From Camelus dromedarius (lineage: Eukaryota): a stretch of DNA of 64,000 bases. Below, one piece after another: positions 50,055-62,945 of this stretch. Position 1 is the stretch's first letter. Every line of letters starts with the position of its first letter. The DNA lies in assembly GCF_036321535.1 (NCBI RefSeq), contig NC_087449.1, positions 25,730,001 to 25,794,000 of the forward strand, written 5' to 3'. Under the pieces are notes generated by a model. The model was not told the DNA's origin. It saw only the letters and a program-made list of their open reading frames with translations, and did no database searches. The position numbers and the translations under genes are program-made.

Positions 50055-50979
50055 TCAGCTGGGCAGTCATAGCTGGTTGTTAAGTATCTGGCTAATGAAT
50101 TTAATAATTTCCTGAACTGGGACTTAAAGGGCCTTTGCTAAAAAGCTGCTTTTCCTCTTTGCCATCCAGTCCCTTCAAAGCTCATCGACAAGGTTTCCCA
50201 TTAGGCTGGGCACCAGCACTTGAGCAAACGCCGACCAGCCTTCCCAAGCCCTCTTTCCCTTTTTAGTGCTTCTCAAAGGTGGTACTTGTTAGGTCTGCGA
50301 CGCCTGCATCTGAAAGTCAATTCTGGCAACTCTGATTGTAGAAAGACAACGTAATGTTTTCTCAAATGACACGCTCCCATAATAAATAAACACCTTGCGT
50401 CTGCTGGCAGATTATTTCAGCACCTTGTTAGCAACAGGTTCTTAATTGCTTCTCATTTTCCTGAGATGATTCAATTGCACTAAACCAGGAGAGACAAATT
50501 AGATTCAGCTCCACTGAAAGGAGCACCAGCCTGTTCTACAACTAAGTTAAAAAGCTTTCCTAAGAGGCAAAGACGTTTGCCCATATGATACAAGAAAGCG
50601 AAACAAACCCACCTCTTAGGCATGGGGGTCTGTGCTAAGGAAGGGAGCCATGGACACGACAGTGATGAAGCACCAGGGGATTGTCCCTCTTCAGGGTCCT
50701 CAGTTTGCATAGAAAATTTTATAATACTGCGGTAAATAGTCCATAAAAAGGAGATCAAATCATTTTCAGCTCGGCATTTCTCTTAACACCCGTTAACGCA
50801 GAAGCTCTTAATTAAAACCAAGCAAAGGTGTATCCAGCACTTACTCACTATGCTATGCATCTCCCTAAATGTTGCCAAATACACGCGCTTGACTATTATA
50901 TTATTATTCCACACGGGGGATGGAAAGAACTCCCTAACATTCCCAAACTTTCTGATTGTCTTCGGTCAAATCCACGCAC

Positions 50980-51110
50980 TCACTTTCATTTATTCAACAA
51001 ATATTTATTGAGTGCTTTTCTTGGCCCATGCCAGGCACAGGCTGAGGGACCCAGGACATCAGGAGGAGGAATAAAGAGGTGGTCCCTGCTCTAACGGGCC
51101 CTGCCATCTA
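50980..51110 (-). mobile_element. L2 3' terminus (antisense)
   Basis: tcatttattcaacaaatatttattgagtgc...tgccaggcacaggctgaggg...ggtccctgctct. Confidence 0.72.
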
Positions 51111-52324
51111 GCGATTACTGCCACCTTCCTATTTTACCCCTCTTTCCTTCCTCCTCTACTATTGTCTATGAATCTACACTCTTCCGACCTTTCCTGGTGA
51201 CCTCAACTTCCTGAGAAGTTATCTTAATTCTCATAATTCTCTGCAGTATATTTTTCTTGGCCCAACTGGGACATATTGTTAACTTCAGACCCTCAGATGT
51301 TTCATCACTAAGAGCAGGATCCCTGTTTGGGCCACGAGGATCACAGACTCGGAGTGGTTTACAGAGCGTGTAAACGCCTGAACAGAAACTGGCAGGAGTC
51401 TTTGAGAGCTGCACAATAAATCCCTGGTTTATATGGCTATTGTTTTAGTACCTCTTATGCATGTTTTCAGAATCGGGGCAATTTGACTTCTAAACTCCCT
51501 TCATGTAGATATACTTTTTGACCCGTCAGGAAGAGGGGCTTCAACCTTGTCCTCACATTTTGTACGTATGAATTCCTCAGGACTTAGCGATCTAAAAGCA
51601 TGGCTGTTTGCTGTGGCTTTGCTTTGCACGCTTACAACCAGAAAGTACGCTGAGAACGGGGGCGTAAGTCATGCTTGTTTGGACTCACTCAGTGCCAAAG
51701 GCCCCAGTAGTTCCTTATCAGGACCGCCTTGTCCCTGAAAGTACCCGGTGTTTCCTCATCCCAGTAAGACAACTACTGGCTTTCTTGTCTGCCATCCACC
51801 AGAAGGTAAGCACTCTGAGGCCAGAATCCAAGCTTCTCTTGTTCATGCTATTCGGCAAGTGTTTGACAAATACTTGTGGAAAAACTTAATGGGTCCCCAG
51901 ACACTAATGGGAGTTGGCAAGCTGATTCTGATATTAAAAAAAAGCCAAACTGATTTCAAAAGTTGTTTCTAAAGTGACTCGCACCTACCAGAAACCCTGC
52001 ATTTACCAGTAGCAAGGATTCATGGGCTCATAAAAAAGATCCAGTGATCTGTTTATGGTTGTTATTAAAAAAAAAAAAAAACTAAGTGTGATAACATGGG
52101 TTATGTCATGTTTATCAAAAGATCTAAATGGCCATGTTATGTCCTTGGCTCATAAAAGTGGTGAAAACAAACTAATTGTTTAAATAAGTGCAGTTGATTT
52201 CTCCAAGTGGAGGAGAAAAAGGTAGAAACTGCTGATATGGTGGAAAAGGCACAGCCTTGGAGACTAGATTTCCAGCCTTGGCTCTGACCAGCTCGGATTT
52301 CCCGCTTGTGAGAGTAATGGGAAA

Positions 52325-52945
52325 CAGGTTGCTAACTGCTATCCGGCACATTTTTCCAGTATTTACCTACTTACAAAGCCCTAATTTTATACAGAGTGGC
52401 AATATGCTCGGCTAAAACAAAACAAAACAAACAAACACCCCCCCCCCTCGATTTTCCAGCCTCCCTTGCAGCTAGAGGTGATCATATGGCATAGTTCTGA
52501 TCATGCTGCGTAAGATTCTATACAAGCTGGCAGAATGAGCTGGCAGGTATTTATCGCCCTTGTACTTTCCCTTCTTTCTGCTTGGAATGCAGATGTATGG
52601 CAGGAATGCAGTGGCTACACTGTAACCATGAGATCATAGCACAAGGAGGAAAACAACCCACTAAGGCATGGATAGGAGAAGAAATCTCAATCTTTGATGA
52701 CATTTAGGTGCCTCTATGACAGTCCTAAATCACATATTTGGATTTTTTGGTGGGGAGGTGGGTAACTAGGTTTATTTACTTATTCATCTCATGGAGGTAC
52801 TGGGGATTGAACCCAGGACCTCGTGCATGCTAAGCATGTGCTCCACCACTGAGCGATACCCACCCCCCACATATTTGTTTTTATATGAGAAAAATAGAAC
52901 CTGCTTAGTCAGATTTTCAGTTACTTGCAGCCAAATGCATTCCTA
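52325..52945 (+). mobile_element. Old ERVL LTR (LTR33-like), interrupted by a Vic-1 SINE
   Basis: ctaattttatacagagtggcaatatgctcggctaaaa...tttccagcctcccttgcagctag...cttggaatgcagatg...ttcagttacttgcagccaaatgcattccta. Confidence 0.75.
52741..52867 (-). mobile_element. Vic-1-type camelid SINE, full length, inserted into an old LTR
   Basis: Minus strand GGGGTGGGTATCGCTCAGTGGTGGAG...GGGTTCAATCCCCAGTACCTCC with an intact B box. Perfect 10-bp TSD cacatatttg at 52731-52740 and 52868-52877. Confidence 0.92.
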
Positions 52946-53499
52946 GTGGATACACAGAATAAAGTAAGATTCCCAGAGCACTGTTCTGAAATTTTATGGC
53001 TCTAGATGAAGCTCAGTCAATGCTTATTTGCCAATTACTCTCAACCTCTGCTTCCTAATGTGTACAGTGCAGGCCCCTCCATGTTTCTCAATCCCTAAGG
53101 CACAGAGGTGCTTTACCTAGCACTGAGCATTTAAATTAAGTAAGTGTTATTCATTATCTTCTTGTTTCTGAAAACAGCAAAGACTTTGGCCAGAAACATC
53201 AGTTTCAAGAAGAAAATCTTTCAAGGAATTCTAAAACACTGCTGATGAGTACTCCAAATAATTCTCAAAAGGAGCTAGGCCCTTTTAAATCACCATGCAA
53301 ACCTACAACTCTTAAAAAGGAGAAAGGAAGAGAAAAGATTTTTTTCCCCTATTATCATGAATAAGATAAATTGTCATGATTAAACACAGTAACTGTAATC
53401 ATGTATAATGATGTACAAATGCCTTGACTGAACCTTAGTATCATTCCCACTCCCTAGGACATTCCACAATACTTTAACCCCTTCACCTAATTTTAACTA

Positions 53500-53610
53500 C
53501 GTAGGTAGCAAAGTAATATCTCCATCATACAGATGGCCAAACTGAGGCCACAAGGTTAAAAGATTTATCAAAGCCACAAGGAAAGCCAATATCAGAGAGG
53601 AGATTCATTT
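53500..53610 (-). mobile_element. MIR
   Basis: tatctccatcatacagatggccaaactgaggccacaaggttaaaagatttatcaaagccaca. Confidence 0.65.
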
Positions 53611-55603
53611 AAAGAAATCACACGTCTCTACCTTCACAAGGTAAATGGGAAAGTGATTAGAGCAGCATAAACTAAGAAAAACCATAGCTTTTAATAGCAA
53701 AGCCTTACTTACATAATCTTGCAAAAGCTTTCTTTGGATGAAAGGCCATGCATGGTTCTTCCTTAACTTGGACATTCCTTATGACAAAGTATTATAGAAA
53801 TGATTACACATTTATCACCCTTAGTTCTTCTGCGGCAAGGGCAGCCTATTAGTTTCAGAGCAGAATGTCTCTTGTGTACCTTGAATGTGCAGCTTAAGTA
53901 CTTTTTACTCATTCAAGCAATTTTTGAGCATAAAACCCACTGGATGAGACACAATGAAGATACCAAGAAGTGTGCATTGAAGATCCTTCCTCTTAGAGGT
54001 TTCATTTTAGCAGAGGGATGAGACATGCACACTGACCAACAAATGCCAGTCCATTCAACTCCCGAGTTTTTACACTCACCACTGTGCTGTGCTGCCTCCC
54101 TCCAAGGCCCTATTTCTTGTAATCATCAAAGAGAGGTTCCCATTGCAAAAGGTGGCCACCACATTTCCAAACACAGCTAATTTCTGCAGTCAAAAGCAGG
54201 GCCATTGGGTTTTCAGTGAGGTGACCCTGCTTTGCTGTAGCTGTTAGAACACCACCCCCCTGGCCCGGGCACACCGGGGCAGCCGACACAGCTACCGCTT
54301 ACCCACTGGTGTCTGTCTAGTCAGGCGCCCCTACGAGGAAATGTAAGGAGTTTTAAGGAAGGCAGCAGAAGTCTTGCAACCTGGGTGCTGCCCAGAGGAC
54401 TGTACCGTGTGACTCTGAACAAGAGTGCAGTAAACAGCCTCCCCAGGGCCCCAAGACCCTGATAAAGGACACACCTTTCTCTTCTTCCCAGCCCTTTTGA
54501 AGTTTGATCATCTGCCTGCATTCTCTAATGATATGCCGTTTCGGATTGGGGTAACGCCTTACAATAAATGGAATATATGAGGTGAATTCTCCTTTATGTC
54601 CACATGTCACATTTATTCCACGCCGGCTCCCTTGGTCAGACTCTCCCTCTTTAAATCTGGCCTCATCTTCCTAAAACATCAACTCTTAGTCCCAGATGTG
54701 ATGTCATTCCAGGCATCAGCTTTCCAACTGGCTCAGAGATGAGTATGAGGGAAAACGATACCTAGAGCAGCAAGCACGTCTTAAATAGCAAGCACCTGGG
54801 TACCGGCCTTTAGCAATGCCTTAGCCTGAGAGTCTTACGTGAGCCTGTCTCGACTTGGTGACTCTGACCACAAAGATGCCGCTGAAGTATTTCACCTCAG
54901 TTTCTCCACTTCCCTTCATCAGACCACCAAGGTGGGCAGGATGCAAGAACGGGTACCTGAGTGGACTTCCCAGGAAGGAGAACTCAGGATGCTGGGAGCC
55001 ATCTTGAATTCTGGCGAAAACTAAGAATCTTTGGTATTTCGTAATTCTTAACTTGGGCATCTTCCTCTTTTCCTCAGAAACAATTTCGTGAGTATGAACA
55101 GGAGGCCAAAACTCACTGTTCTATAGGCTACGGAGGTCCCCTCTGGTTCAACCCGGCGTGGGTCATTTTAGCAAACGTGACTGATTGTCTACCATGAAGA
55201 AGCTCCCAATCATGACAGTGCTAAGGTCATTTTAATAATTTCTGGAACTACAGTTTTTAAGGGAAGACACATAGAAAGCACTCAGCATTTATAGAATAAA
55301 CGATGACACAGGCGCACTGTTTTATGCTCCTCAAAGAGTCTACAAATACTGTTTTATTGTCATTTCTGTATCAGAATATGAGGTAGGGAGAAAAAAATTC
55401 ACTCAAGAGTACTCCTGTCCCCATTTTATTGGTGAGGACATTAAAAAATTCAGAAGGTAAGTGGAAAGGAAAAGAGGCAGCTTAACCAACTGTCCTGACT
55501 GTGAGCAAATTGTGCTTCCTAGTCCTTCTTACCACGCTGCACCATGATCCTGTCCTTTACTTGGAATGCCCTCCATTCATGTAAGCCACTTTAAAAAAAA
55601 AAA

Positions 55604-55648
55604 TTTTTTTTTAAATTGAAGTATAGTTGATTTCCAATGTTGTGTTAT
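55604..55648 (-). mobile_element. Very short L1 3'-terminal tip
   Basis: ttttttttaaattgaagtatagttgatttccaatgttgtgtta is the antisense of the laurasiatherian L1 terminus. Confidence 0.7.
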
Positions 55649-55779
55649 TTTTAATTTTTTTTTAAATTGCACATAAGCAACTTTTGACTTCATCATTATC
55701 TACACCTTGAAGCCTCCTTATTTGATATAAGGTGATAAGGAACAGCACATTCCACATCGTCTTCTAAACGCTTACATTC

Positions 55780-55880
55780 CTGCACTGGACTATACGCTCT
55801 GTGAGGTCAGGAACCACTGAATTCCCAGCGTCTGTACAGCAACAGGCACTCAGTGATCCCTTGTTGAATGAAAGAATGAA
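55780..55880 (+). mobile_element. L2 3' terminus
   Basis: ctggactatacgctctgtgaggtcaggaacc...caggcactcag...ttgttgaatgaaagaatgaa. Confidence 0.6.
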
Positions 55881-57011
55881 CTGGCCTCGTTTCCTCCTCT
55901 GAGCCCCTGCAGAAATGTCTGCTTTTAACATTCACTTAGCATTTAGAATATGTTAACTTGACCATAAAAAGATGAGAAACATCACATGCCTTTATCTCCT
56001 TGAGACCAAAAATCTTCTGACTAAAAGAGCTTCGTGTCTCTTTACTTCCCACCATGGTTTCAATGTTTAATGGATGTGGACTATGAGGATAATGTCATCA
56101 CGCTGCCCCATTTAAAGAGACGCATTCTGGGACTTGTATAATCCCATTCAGACGCAAGGTTTTCAAATTAGAAAAAAAATACATATATAGCCTCTCTGAT
56201 TGTACCACACACATGCTCAAACCCAAGTGAAATAATTCAGGATCTTGAGAAAGTTCTGTCAATCATCACAAGACGTTTAAAGTAAATTTTGGAGCAAGTA
56301 AAATTTCACAATTGTTGCTACAGAGATTGCTTCACACAATAATCCAAATACTTATTTTCTTCAATGTGATTTCTGCACGTGTGCGCTGACCGGCCAGCTC
56401 TCTCCACGGCCATATTTCCCCGAGATGCACACAGGATTTAGATTTGTGGGACTAACACTGAGATTAATGCAAGAAATATCGGTTTCCCCAGGCGTACGTC
56501 AAAGTAGACAACAGATCATAACTTTCTAGGATGTTTTACGATACCAGCTGGTAGATCACAAACCTACCTAAGCGAAAATCTGACGGAAGAAAGCAAACAT
56601 GGTTACAATTATTCATACTCCTACTGTGGGAGTTTCATAAACAAACTAATAAATATTTTCATCTCGCAATAAGATCAAGTCAAGTGATTTGCAGACATTC
56701 TCTTGAGGCTTAAAGCTTGTCTTTAATGTGAAATACAAATCATATTTCTTATGGACACATTTTAATAATAAACTTAAAAGCACACGAGACAAAAATAATG
56801 AAAGCACTGCAATGAAAGCCAGACAAACGATCTACTACTTCAAAAGGAGTGAATGAAGGCGGCTCTCAACATGGTGATGCAGAACAACCTCAACACGAAA
56901 TGCCACATATTGAAATCAGGTTTCAAGGAAAGGGAATCAGTAGGGACGAGAGAAGGAAAACGAGCTATTGCCTGAAAACAGGTAACTGACTACACAAACA
57001 TAAACAACCCT

Positions 57012-57013
<2 letters not shown>

Positions 57014-57046
<33 letters not shown>
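57014..57046. repeat. (CA)n microsatellite about 300 nt downstream of the exon 7 donor
   Basis: Read directly from the sequence. Confidence 0.95.
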
Positions 57047-57049
<3 letters not shown>

Positions 57050-57249
57050 CACCTGTGCTCTTCTCGTACAACTTGGGGGACAGATTTGATTTTGCTTTCA
57101 TTCAAATTACCTCCACCTCTTGGCAACATCCTCCCGGCAAAGAAACAAGAAAGGATCAGGGTTTGATGCCAAATCTCTTAGGTCCCTACAATTCCAAAGC
57201 AGTCCCCAAGGATAAGAAATGGGAACACTTACTGCCTTCAGGAGCACTA

Positions 57250-57498
<249 letters not shown>

Positions 57499-57984
57499 TT
57501 AATGCAAGGAACGACAGCTTATGCAACCTGAAAGACGAAACTTAAAAGAACTGAAAAAAGAAATCTACCTGTAAATGGAAAATGTGTTTTGAATCGGTTT
57601 GAGTTTGTCATAGAAACAAACAGGTGATGGAATGGTCCCGTGATGTCAGCATATGATTGATTTCAATGTACTCTGCTAAGTCACAGTCCATTTTGGGGTT
57701 ACTGATCTTCTTTAACTAGAGAGTGCCACTTTCCCAGTGTGTCCTGAAAGTTGTTGTCTGGGCCTGTAGCCTCTGGGACCCTTCGTAAAGAAGGCAACAG
57801 AAGCACACGAAGACTTCATGTGCAATCATCTCACCCCACCAGTTACCTTACTTCAGTACCAAGGCACTTTCTCTGCATTTTACATAATTTAGCTATTTTA
57901 ACATTTAAAAAACCCTCGCCAATGGTAACTCAGTTGCTCATCCAATGAATAATTTATAATAGAAAAAAAAAGAAAAGGTAAAAC

Positions 57985-58290
57985 ATTAAATAAACCTTAA
58001 ATGGTTAGGTAAGGTATAACCAATGTAAAAAAATACTGTACAAGAATAATGACAACGGGAAGATATTTAATGACATGGAATAAAGACACGGAAAGCAATT
58101 ACAAAATAGGATATGACACTATGGTGCCATTTTAAAATGTATTTCTATGTACAGAGAAAGAACTGGAAAGAAATATGCATAAACTAGAATAGTAGTTCTC
58201 TCTGCGTGTTGGATTCGAGTGATTTTCATTGCCGCTTTCTGCTTGTTTTTCCTATGCTGAACATATATTATTTTTATGTTAAGCAAATAC
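57985..58290 (+). mobile_element. L1ME-type 3' UTR fragment
   Basis: aaatggttaggtaag...atttaatgacatggaa...caattacaaaataggatatg...agaactggaaagaaatatgcataaac...tagtagttctctctg. Confidence 0.6.
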
Positions 58291-58629
58291 AATAAAAGCT
58301 TGTTTTTAAAAATAGTATTTTTACTAGAGCCTAAGATTTTCATAGCATTTCCAGCATACGAAATGCTTTGGGAAGAAAATAATGGGAAAGTGGTCCCTTG
58401 TAATTACCTCATGTGTAATGTTCTCAGCAACCACACTGACACACACAACTGGAGGCATCTATCAGTTTGGTAGGGTGCCAATTAAAACAATGAAAACTTG
58501 GATATAAAAATAAAGGAAATGACTCCTAGTCTCCACATCACAGGACAAATCTGGGCTCTCTTAAGCTGGCAGCATAAATCTGGTCTAAATTCATGTCAAA
58601 AGAATCAAATCTCATTTTACTTATATGTG

Positions 58630-58642
58630 TATATATATATAT

Positions 58643-58682
<40 letters not shown>
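58630..58682. repeat. Compound (TA)n/(CA)n microsatellite
   Basis: Read directly from the sequence. Confidence 0.93.
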
Positions 58683-58685
<3 letters not shown>

Positions 58686-60837
58686 ATATTCTGTCTATGA
58701 CCAGAGAATTATTTGGACGAACTGGAAACATAAGTAATAAAAATAATAATATCAGCATGCAACTGTTATTAAGTAGCTGCTAAGTGTCCCACACTATTCC
58801 AAGCACTTTGCAGGTAGAGATCCGCTCAGAAATTTAGTTAGTTTGGACTATATCTATACATATCTTTGTTATTTCTGACCACAGACTTCCTCAATGATTT
58901 TCTACAAGACAACCTTTGAGTGTGACTGCGGATTCTCTGAGGACAGACACCAGGTCTGCTTTGCCCTCCTCTACTTTCAGGCTGTCTAATAAAGGCTCTA
59001 GAACACATCAAAAGATATGTAAATTACATGTACAGTTCTTGGCTTTATCTGTGGTTTTACTAACAGCTCCTTGGACAGAGTAAAACTTGGGATTTTGACC
59101 CCAAGAAAGAAACAAATTGCACATCGGTAAGCACATTTGCATAGTCAGACGTAAGGACAACACGAAGCGGTGTGTGATTTCACAGGAACTTGACAAATCC
59201 AGATCAGATCCGTTCTAGATCAGTATCTATGTGATCTGAGTTAGAAACAAGTCACTAAGTGACTTTAGCTATATTTGTTTGCTCGCTGAATCAGTAACCA
59301 AAGTCACACCATGCCAATGTCCTAACATCATTAGAATGTACTGAGATTTTGGATCAACATTCAAACATTCATTGCAAGTAACCTAACCTAAGGTATCATC
59401 AATGTAATTATATCAAAGAAGAGATTTCAAATTAAAATGTGAAAGGGAAGAAATAAAAAGCTCCCAAATGTAGACATATCTCCTAATTCACTCAAACCTC
59501 TTCTGGGCAAACAAATTTTTAGGCATCTAGCTAGTCCACTGATCTAAACTCAGTCAAATGCCTGAATTATGTGTCATGCAACAGAAATAGAATAGAAAGT
59601 GAAAATGTCAAAACTTTTAAGATGGCAGAATTTTTTTCAGATGATGGAATTGATGATGAAATGTGTTATCTGAACTAATCTTATTAAAGAAAGCAAATGG
59701 TTGGACTCAAGGAAGAGTTGTCACTTCTTTGAAAAGTTCATGTTTTCCAACCCATGCCATACTGCAGAAATGTTGACAAGATTTAAACCCACCATTTCCT
59801 CTTTTAAAAGGGGGAAGTGTAAGTTAAATTCAGGCAATAAGCGTCAAAGTGATCAAGCTGGTAAATGGGTTCAAAATGAGCAAAATTCAAATCCTCTTTG
59901 AAAGGGTTAAAGAGAAAAGAAATACTGTCGGCATACAAGAACAAGACAAACTTTGTATAATCTTCTAAATTTATCACAGTCAAGTAGCATGAACCTCAAG
60001 GCTGTCATGAATCTCAAAATTACTTTGTGTTTTCAATTTGTAAAGACTCGTACTGAGCATGTTTCTTTACTATATACTTTAATATTTTCACCATATGCAT
60101 AATTATGCTTTGGCTAATTTGCTTCATACACTTAATTGACCAGAGGAAATTCCAACATGCTAGTCAACTGCTTTATGTTAAAAGTGAGAGAATATGAATC
60201 TTTGCTTTTATTTTTGAAACCAAATTTGGTTTCTGTATGTTATTTTAAAAATAAACTCCTTGTCAAAATTTCTTTTTCCAAATAGCTGTGCACAACTGTT
60301 ACACAATTACTGCACAGATTAATGACTGACTGGCTTCCTCTTAATTAATCAAAACTTCCATTTCACTGTATTTTTTAGAAGTATCAGATTTTTAAAAAAA
60401 AGATTATAAAGTAATGCTACCCATTTTTCTGGAACAAACAAAATATTGCTTCAAAATTCTTTTCAATATGTAAAAATAAAGAACTCTCTAGAATGAGAAG
60501 CAGAAATTTAGCATAATGTTTTGTTTCAATGGGACATTCCCACCTGTTGATTGCTGTAAAAAAACTCTATGATTATAAACAGAATAGGAGATGAATTTCA
60601 AGAAGAACTTTGGCTTGTTGTTGGTTTTCTAACCATTAGACTTTCTGAATTTCTCTCCACTTAGCCATTTTTTTAAAGCTATCTGAGTCATTTCAAATAG
60701 GTGGACACAGGCAAACATGCATGAAATTCTAATCATTCAGTGACCCTGATCCCTGGAGGCAGTTGTGAGTGAGAACCTTGAAAGTACAGGCCAAATACAG
60801 CATTCACAAAGATTCTGTTAGCCTCATCATTAATATT

Positions 60838-61469
60838 TGTGGTAGTCAGAATTCTAAGACAGTCCCTAGGTTCCTGGCCTCTGGGGTACATACTTTGTAT
60901 AATCCCCTCCCCTTGAATGTGGGCAGTACCTGTGAATAAAATGGATGTCATTCTTGTGAGTAGGTTGTTATATGGAAAAGGGGAAGGAACTTTTGTGAAT
61001 GCAATTAAGGTTCTTAATCAGGTGACTTTGAATTAAGTAAAGGGCTGTTATCCTGGGTGGGCCTGACCTAATCAGGTGTGGTCCTTCCACAGAAGGATTG
61101 CTAGTCAGAGTGATTCTCCTCCTGGCTTTGAAGAAGTAAGCTGCCATGTTGTAAAAGAGGAACAGCAGGGGCCTCTAGGGCCTAAGCTTGGCTGTGGCTG
61201 ACTGACAGCTTTAAGAAAGCTGGGACCTTAATCTTAAAGCTACAAGAAACTAATTTCTACCAACAATCACAAGAGTGTGCAAGAAAACTCGGAGCTCCAG
61301 AAAGGAATGTAGCCTGGACAAAATTCTGACTGCAGCCTTGTGAGACCCTGAGCAGAGGCACCAGCTAAGCTGTGCCAGGACTCTTGACTCATGAAACTGA
61401 GATAATAAATGTGTGTTGTTTTAAGCTAAGTTTGTGGTAATTTGTTATACAGCAATACAAACTAACACG
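60838..61469 (+). mobile_element. ERVL-MaLR solo LTR (MLT1E-like), near full length
   Basis: Starts tgtggtagtcagaattctaaga, includes cctgggtgggcctgacctaatcagg and gactgcagccttgtgagaccctgagcagagg, and ends gtttgtggtaatttgttatacagcaatacaaactaacac. Confidence 0.9.
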
Positions 61470-62714
61470 ATGCTCAAGATTATCATTTATGCTAGGAATG
61501 TATGTATTAAAGATGCCTCTTGTGCACTAGAATTAATCTCTAGAATTCTAGAAGTTTCTATTATTTTTAGCAAATCTATCCTAGGTTGTGAGATTTTCCA
61601 TTTGCCTACACTAACCCAGAGAAAACGGTAAGACACTTTCTTAGACAAGAGGCTGATAAGCAGCAATTTCCAATGGCATAAACACTTCTGAAAATTTCTA
61701 TTGCCTCCTGATTCTTTCAAGGAATATCAGTAATAAAAAGAGATTGAATGATATTAAAAAAAACTCAAAAATAATTCTTGGGGTCTTCTATAACAAATCA
61801 AGGGTTTGGGGGGTGTCTTTTTGCTGCAACCTGATGTAACAGAAAGAATACACACGGAAAAAAATCATCATTAATTTCAACTCCCCCTCTCTCCCAAATT
61901 ATATTTGCCAAACACTTTGACCAAGAACTTTACAGTGACAATTTTGAAGCAAATCCTACAGGAATGGGAAGAAAGTACGATGCTGTTCTTTGCTTGAGAA
62001 AGCCTCTTAAAGGGGATATTTCTAAGAGTCAATGGAGCTACAATATTAATGGGAAGGGGAGAAGAAGGGAGAGATCACAATAAGCCATAATTATTCCAGT
62101 GACAATGAAACCAACATGCTGGATTTTCAAAGAGGAGGTGACAAGTCAGGGTTAGTGCTTACTGTGTTAGGGGACTTATTCAAAAACCCACTGTCCTGTG
62201 AAAATGACCCCTGGTTAATGCTGCTCAGGACAGCAGACCTTATCGCGTCTGTCGTAGGAGTTTGGTTGATGTAATTCAAGTTGTCAGAGAAGATTTAACT
62301 GGGGTACGTTTCTTTCTTCAAAGTAGCAAAGTCAAGATCAGAAAGGTTAGTTTCACTACCATTCATTTATAGTCACAATCTGTTTGGGAGAAACTCTGGA
62401 AACCAGCAAACTCTGCACTTTCATTTTAAAATCCAATATAAACGCAGGTTAGAGAGGACCACAAAATGCCATTTAAGTTCAGCTGTTCATGTTTGACTTC
62501 AGACATTCTCTTGTTCACTGTCATGATAGAATTCCCCACGGCCTATCTTTACTGCTTTACCAGGACAACTCTTAGACCAAATGTCAATGCTATTGGAAGT
62601 CTTCATCCACTTAGTGGCCTCAAGAGAGCCAGGAGGCCACTAAAGAGATGGTCTTCAAATTTCTACATACTGATCATTTCCAAAACACAGACTGAAAATA
62701 AGAAAAGCCATAAA

Positions 62715-62945
62715 TTATGGAGGACCTACTGTGTGCCATGTACTTAACAAATAATCTTAAACCCTTACATTTTCATCTCAGATAGGAAGGGATTATTATC
62801 CAGCCAACCTATAACTTAATGTCACAGAAACTAGATATTGAGGATGTCAAGCAACTTGCTCACGGTCATACAGCTATGAAGTGGCATTTCCGACCCACGT
62901 CTCTCTCGTTCCAAAGCTTGTATATTTTGCAAAATATCACACTCC
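62715..62945 (-). mobile_element. MIR
   Basis: gacctactgtgtgcca...ggattattatcc...gtcaagcaacttgctcacggtcatacagctatgaagtggca...tccaaagc. Confidence 0.68.

Noticed and set aside
49645-50060. Both N-runs are preceded by ...aacag, suggesting masked plus-strand exons
   Set aside because: The right flanks start with caag and ttca, not GT, so the boundaries are not exon-like.
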